Below are positions 41,328 through 45,134 of a stretch of 45,134 bases of DNA, in pieces; the first letter of the stretch is position 1; each line of letters starts with the position of its first letter. A model generated the notes under the pieces. It made no database searches. It was given only the letters and a program-made list of their open reading frames with translations, and was not told the DNA's origin. The stretch lies in NCBI GenBank assembly GCA_022813865.1, contig JALDZX010000003.1, positions 682,001 through 727,134 on the forward strand, in the 5' to 3' direction. Both the position numbers and the translations under genes were made by a program. This stretch comes from Xylographa opegraphella. Taxonomy: Eukaryota.

Positions 41328-42941
41328 TAATAATGGGACATCCTAGCTGAGCGGGCACGAATGTCTGAAGAAGGCACACGAGCTATGACACGAGTCAAAA
41401 CCATATCACGAATAGCAAACATGAACACCGTCGAACGAGAACACCTGGCTCTCCAAATATTCGAAGTGCGGACGGTCGTTATATATCGGTCAGTGGTGAA
41501 TAGGGCAACGGATGTCAGAATAGAAATGGGTCAAATCGAATAGCCGAATTTCCCTGGGTGAGAGTGCAGCTGTTGCCCAAGTTAATTTCCGGCTTTCTTC
41601 GTACCTTCGTCGGCGCGTCTCCCGCCACCGGGGAGGGGTTCAGCGGCGGGGAGTTCAGTCTGATCAGCGACCATGGCATTACAGGGCACAACATGCACAA
41701 GGTCTAGAAGTGGGCTCCGTGTTGCCGGGGCCTGTATTCCAGCTTTGGAGGTGACGGCAATAATCACGACGTGAGCATTTGTAGTCGCCCATTTCGGAGG
41801 CTACAAGGTAAAGACTTGGGATCCTTAGGTGGTGGTGCCGGTTCCGCATTGGGTAGCAGGAATGTTATTCTAGTGTGGTTGCCCACCACGTCTCATGTGG
41901 TGTAGGTCCTAAGTAGACTTAACGGGCAGTCAAGGATTCTTTAGGCCCCCCTGGCGGTCGGTGGAGATGGAAACAAGGCTGCTGCCCATGGATCCAGCCC
42001 GTTCACGAGCGTGAACGTGTCGGCGGTGAAGTCATCAAGACGGCGATGAATGTTAGTTCTTCGAAGCGGTCATCGATCGCCCCGCGGGCCACGGACGGCA
42101 AGCGTCCGCCCAGTAACCTCGCTCAAAGCAATTGAATATCGGTCTCGAGTGCCCATGTACCAAGTGAGACTTCCACTGCCAGATTCGTTGTCGACCAATG
42201 AGAGAAAGCGTTGCCGCTTCCGTTCAGACGTCGAGGGTTGGAAACCTGTGGCACCACGAAGGCATGGAAATCTTGATTCTCTCTACCGCAGGGCTCCCTG
42301 GCCATACGACTTTCACTCGGACGCAGTTCGTCCGGTGTAGGTAAGTATTATCTGTCCGGTGTACGGAGTGCCTTGTACCTTACTACACAGTATCATTCAA
42401 CCGCTTTCTTTCATCGTGGCCGGAAAGCAGAAGGCTCCTGCGGCAGGCTAGCGTGCAACAGCCACGCTATCCCGGCACACAACTGATGAAGCGAAGCCGA
42501 CCTGCACCGTTATTCGTGCTTTCAGCCGCGCAAAGTCCCGCCCCCAACGGGTAATCCTTGCGCCGTCCTCGACCCGATCGCTGCTCGAATCTATCACCAT
42601 ACCACGCCGTCTCTTGACCTGACCGAACGAAGAATGAGAAGCTCCGGGCCCGTACGACGATGAGCAACCATCACGTTTGCAACGATATCTTTCGATCTTC
42701 TACATTTGCTCTCCATGCCCCTCTTCCCGCAAGGGTATTATCTTCGGCACATCTTGAGACGCACAATCGCAAGCTACAATCGCGGCTGAAGTCTTGACCA
42801 AGGTACAGCCTGCATCCGAACCTGAAACAGGGGGCACATTAAGGTAGGCTTACATCGGGCTGAGATGGAGACACCGTGTTTCCTCCTCGTGATGAATACA
42901 AATGACACATTGCTAGATTCGAGGCTGGATAAGCCAGCCGC

Positions 42942-44288
42942 CTATGTGCCCATGTCCACCCCACTGGGACTTTCATCGACACGGGAAGCGCCGAGTCGAG
43001 GCGGAGGGATGCTGGAGTCCCATGCGTTTGGGTGATTGCACATGAGCAGAGGACCCTCGTAAGCGGTGTCATCAAGCCTGAAATGATCCACGTCTTGAGC
43101 GAAGCCGAAAACGTAGGGTGGGAGCGTGGGGGAGTCCACGTTGAAGTCAGATGTTCCCCGTCCATCCCACGTAGGCTGTGCGCGAAGAAAATGGTGTTGC
43201 AGATCTTCGGTAGTGCCTGAAATGCTCGAAGCCGGAGCTGCGGGCGGTGGTGTATCTGTGCTGAATTGCATAGCTTCCCGAACAAGGTTTTGTGCGCAAG
43301 CAGCAGCTCGAGCTGGGTCTCTTCTCTCTTCCAATTTGGCTTGCAAAGCTTCACTGTTCCCTTCCGACCACGTAAACGATGGCTCTCGGCGTAGGCGATT
43401 CCGCGATCCTCCTAGCCAATGGACCAGAGCATTCGACATGAATGGCCGAGATAAAAGACCCTTGATAACCATAGAGTGATCCCACCAAAGAGTGTAAGGG
43501 TTTGCTCGCAGGTGATCTCGCAGATGCTGCTGAAATTTTGACCAAGTATGGTGAGTTGAGATGCAAAAGCCGCAGCCCCATGCTTCCTTGTTCTTGCCAT
43601 TTCGAGCCCATCTTTTGAAAGCCAAGGAGTCTTTATCAACCCCGTGGGTCTCCATGTGCTTGGCGAAGTCGCTCCTCCGTTTGAAGCATCGCGGGGAACC
43701 AAGCTCTGCTTTCCCGTGACAATCGGCAAAGTGATGTGCTGTGAGAAAGTGCTCCGGGTCGGGGTTTGGCTCGGAACAGAGCGCGCATTCTGCTCCTATG
43801 TTGGTCATGCTTGTTACTCCAGCGGGCGGGCATGAGTAGCCAGCGTAATTGTTATGCACTTCGTCTCCATGTCTTGTAAGAGAGGACTTCGACGTGAACG
43901 TCTTGAAGCAGTCAGAACATGTGTAGCATTTTGCTTCGCTGGACGTCCGCTCCATCAACGACTTCTGTTCCAGTTGTTTTCGACTCGACCGTACGGGTGC
44001 TGCATCTTCATCGTGGAAGGCCTTCCGCTTCTGGGAACTCCATGGCTCAATATATAGTCCAGAGGATTCTTGACCGTTTTCGTTGTAGGTTGAGGAGCGC
44101 GAGGATGGATTGGAAATGAATGAAAACAAAGACTCCGGACGATTACTTGATGCGGTCGACAGTGAAGCATTGGAGTACCTGGACGATTGTCGATTGCGTC
44201 TGCTTATTACTCCAGTGCCCTGTGTGGCCCATACGTCTGCTATGTTCAATCTGTCGTTTGCAGCATCTATTGGGACTTGATAAGACAC
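42942..44288 (-). CDS. C2H2 zinc-finger protein (paralogue B); 5' end missing or displaced by transposon sequence
   Basis: Motifs CSDCFKTF..LTRHGDEVH, CP..CALC..PDPEHF.TAH.F..C, FKRRSDFAKHMETH, AWGCGFC..W..FQQHLRDH and WWDHSMVIKGLL. The ORF starts at GTG right after a CAG acceptor-like site and abuts transposase sequence. Confidence 0.7.
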   Translation of the reverse strand: MSYQVPIDAANDRLNIADVWATQGTGVISRRNRQSSRYSNASLSTASSNRPESLFSFISNPSSRSSTYNENGQESSGLYIEPWSSQKRKAFHDEDAAPVRSSRKQLEQKSLMERTSSEAKCYTCSDCFKTFTSKSSLTRHGDEVHNNYAGYSCPPAGVTSMTNIGAECALCSEPNPDPEHFLTAHHFADCHGKAELGSPRCFKRRSDFAKHMETHGVDKDSLAFKRWARNGKNKEAWGCGFCISTHHTWSKFQQHLRDHLRANPYTLWWDHSMVIKGLLSRPFMSNALVHWLGGSRNRLRREPSFTWSEGNSEALQAKLEERRDPARAAACAQNLVREAMQFSTDTPPPAAPASSISGTTEDLQHHFLRAQPTWDGRGTSDFNVDSPTLPPYVFGFAQDVDHFRLDDTAYEGPLLMCNHPNAWDSSIPPPRLGASRVDESPSGVDMGT

Positions 44289-44296
44289 TGGGCGTG

Positions 44297-44720
44297 ACTT
44301 TTGCTATAAACTGTTCAAGAGTGTTTAAGATCTTTCGGACTTCTGTTCCAAGTATATTACCAACTGCTGCCTTGAGAAGGCGATTTACCTTGATCCAATC
44401 GGTATTCGAAAGGGCTGTAGAGCTTACAGAGCCACTAGAATAAGGTCTTGTCGGCTCTTTGGCTTGAAGCTGGCCTAGAACCTCCTCTGGATTGAAAGGA
44501 GACAGGCCAGTTTTTAACCATTTACTTGCTATGTTTTCTTGGCTGAACGCCCGTACATAAGCAGGCCAAAACAAGCTAAAGAAGTGTTTTTTATTTAGCT
44601 TACACAGCCCTTATATTTTATGGATCCATGTGCTTAGTTCTTATAAGTAGTAATTTGCCAAGGGATTAAACAAGCTTACATTCAGTGGCTGTAGCCGATG
44701 AGTTGAATGTGGAGGATATA
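44297..44720 (-). mobile_element. Degenerate pogo/Fot1-type DDE transposase fragment with RIP-like mutations
   Basis: Reads YPPHSTHRLQPLNVSLFNPLANYYL*ELSTWIHKI*GL..FFSLFWPAY..AFSQENI..W.KTGL.PFNPEEVL. Stops at 44641-44643 and 44611-44613; QPLDV appears as QPLNV. Confidence 0.88.
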
Positions 44721-45134
44721 GGAGTTTTCCCGGGTTAATGCACGGCCCGATGCCAATGCACACCCCCGTGCCGAAACCCTACCCTGATATAAATCGAATA
44801 TCTTCATCAATATGAACTCAATTGAGGCCGCGCTGGCAGATTTAGATCTGCAGGACACCCCCAATTATACTGCTACTGCTAAAAAGTACAATGTGACTCG
44901 TACTACGCTGTCACGACGTCATAGAGGCATAACGGCCGCAAAAGGGGTCCTTCCGCATAATAATCAATTGCTCAGCACCGAACAGCTCAATGGCCTTGTT
45001 AAGTACATTAATGAGCTTACCGATCGCGGCCTACCACCTACGAATGCTATGGTCCGTACATTTGCACGTGATATATGTGGAAAATGGCCAGGCAAAAACT
45101 GGGTTTATGAATTCGTAAAATCCAAGAAGAACAA
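44721..45134 (+). mobile_element. 5' end of an apparently intact pogo/Fot1-type DNA transposon, running off the window
   Basis: Starts after TA (44719-44720) with a putative TIR GGAGTTTTCCCGGGTTAATGCAC.. and two AATGCAC direct repeats, followed by a transposase ORF. The right TIR is outside the window. Confidence 0.8.
44812..45134 (+). CDS. pogo/Fot1 transposase N-terminal HTH / CENP-B-like domain (partial)
   Basis: MNSIEAALADLDLQDTPNYTATAKKYNVTRTTLSRRHRG..LLSTEQLNGLVKYINELTDRGLPPTNAMVRTFARDICGKWPGKNWVYEFVK, open to the window end. Confidence 0.9.
   Translation, partial: MNSIEAALADLDLQDTPNYTATAKKYNVTRTTLSRRHRGITAAKGVLPHNNQLLSTEQLNGLVKYINELTDRGLPPTNAMVRTFARDICGKWPGKNWVYEFVKSKKN

Overview
Eukaryotic genomic DNA from a filamentous ascomycete (Pezizomycotina-type: short GT-AG introns, CTAAC/CTGAC branch sites). 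The first ~26 kb is mostly conserved core genes: carbonyl-reductase-type SDR, Sam35/metaxin, a J-domain protein, SIN-type Cdc14, GGPP synthase, a PTH11-like membrane protein, an orphan 68-aa repeat protein, Urb2, a copper-fist transcription factor and a C2H2 transcription factor. The right part is more accessory: a DUF6594 gene head-to-head with a P/Q/Y/S-rich pseudogene, a TA-flanked MITE upstream of a GH2 beta-galactosidase, a hairpin-rich non-coding region with an (AAGGC)n array, two tandem C2H2 paralogues that both look damaged, and an intact-looking pogo/Fot1 transposon nested in an older RIP-mutated one. GC-rich islands whose skew flips from C-rich to G-rich recur at gene 3' ends. All family calls are from motif recognition by eye, and intron boundaries are manual predictions.
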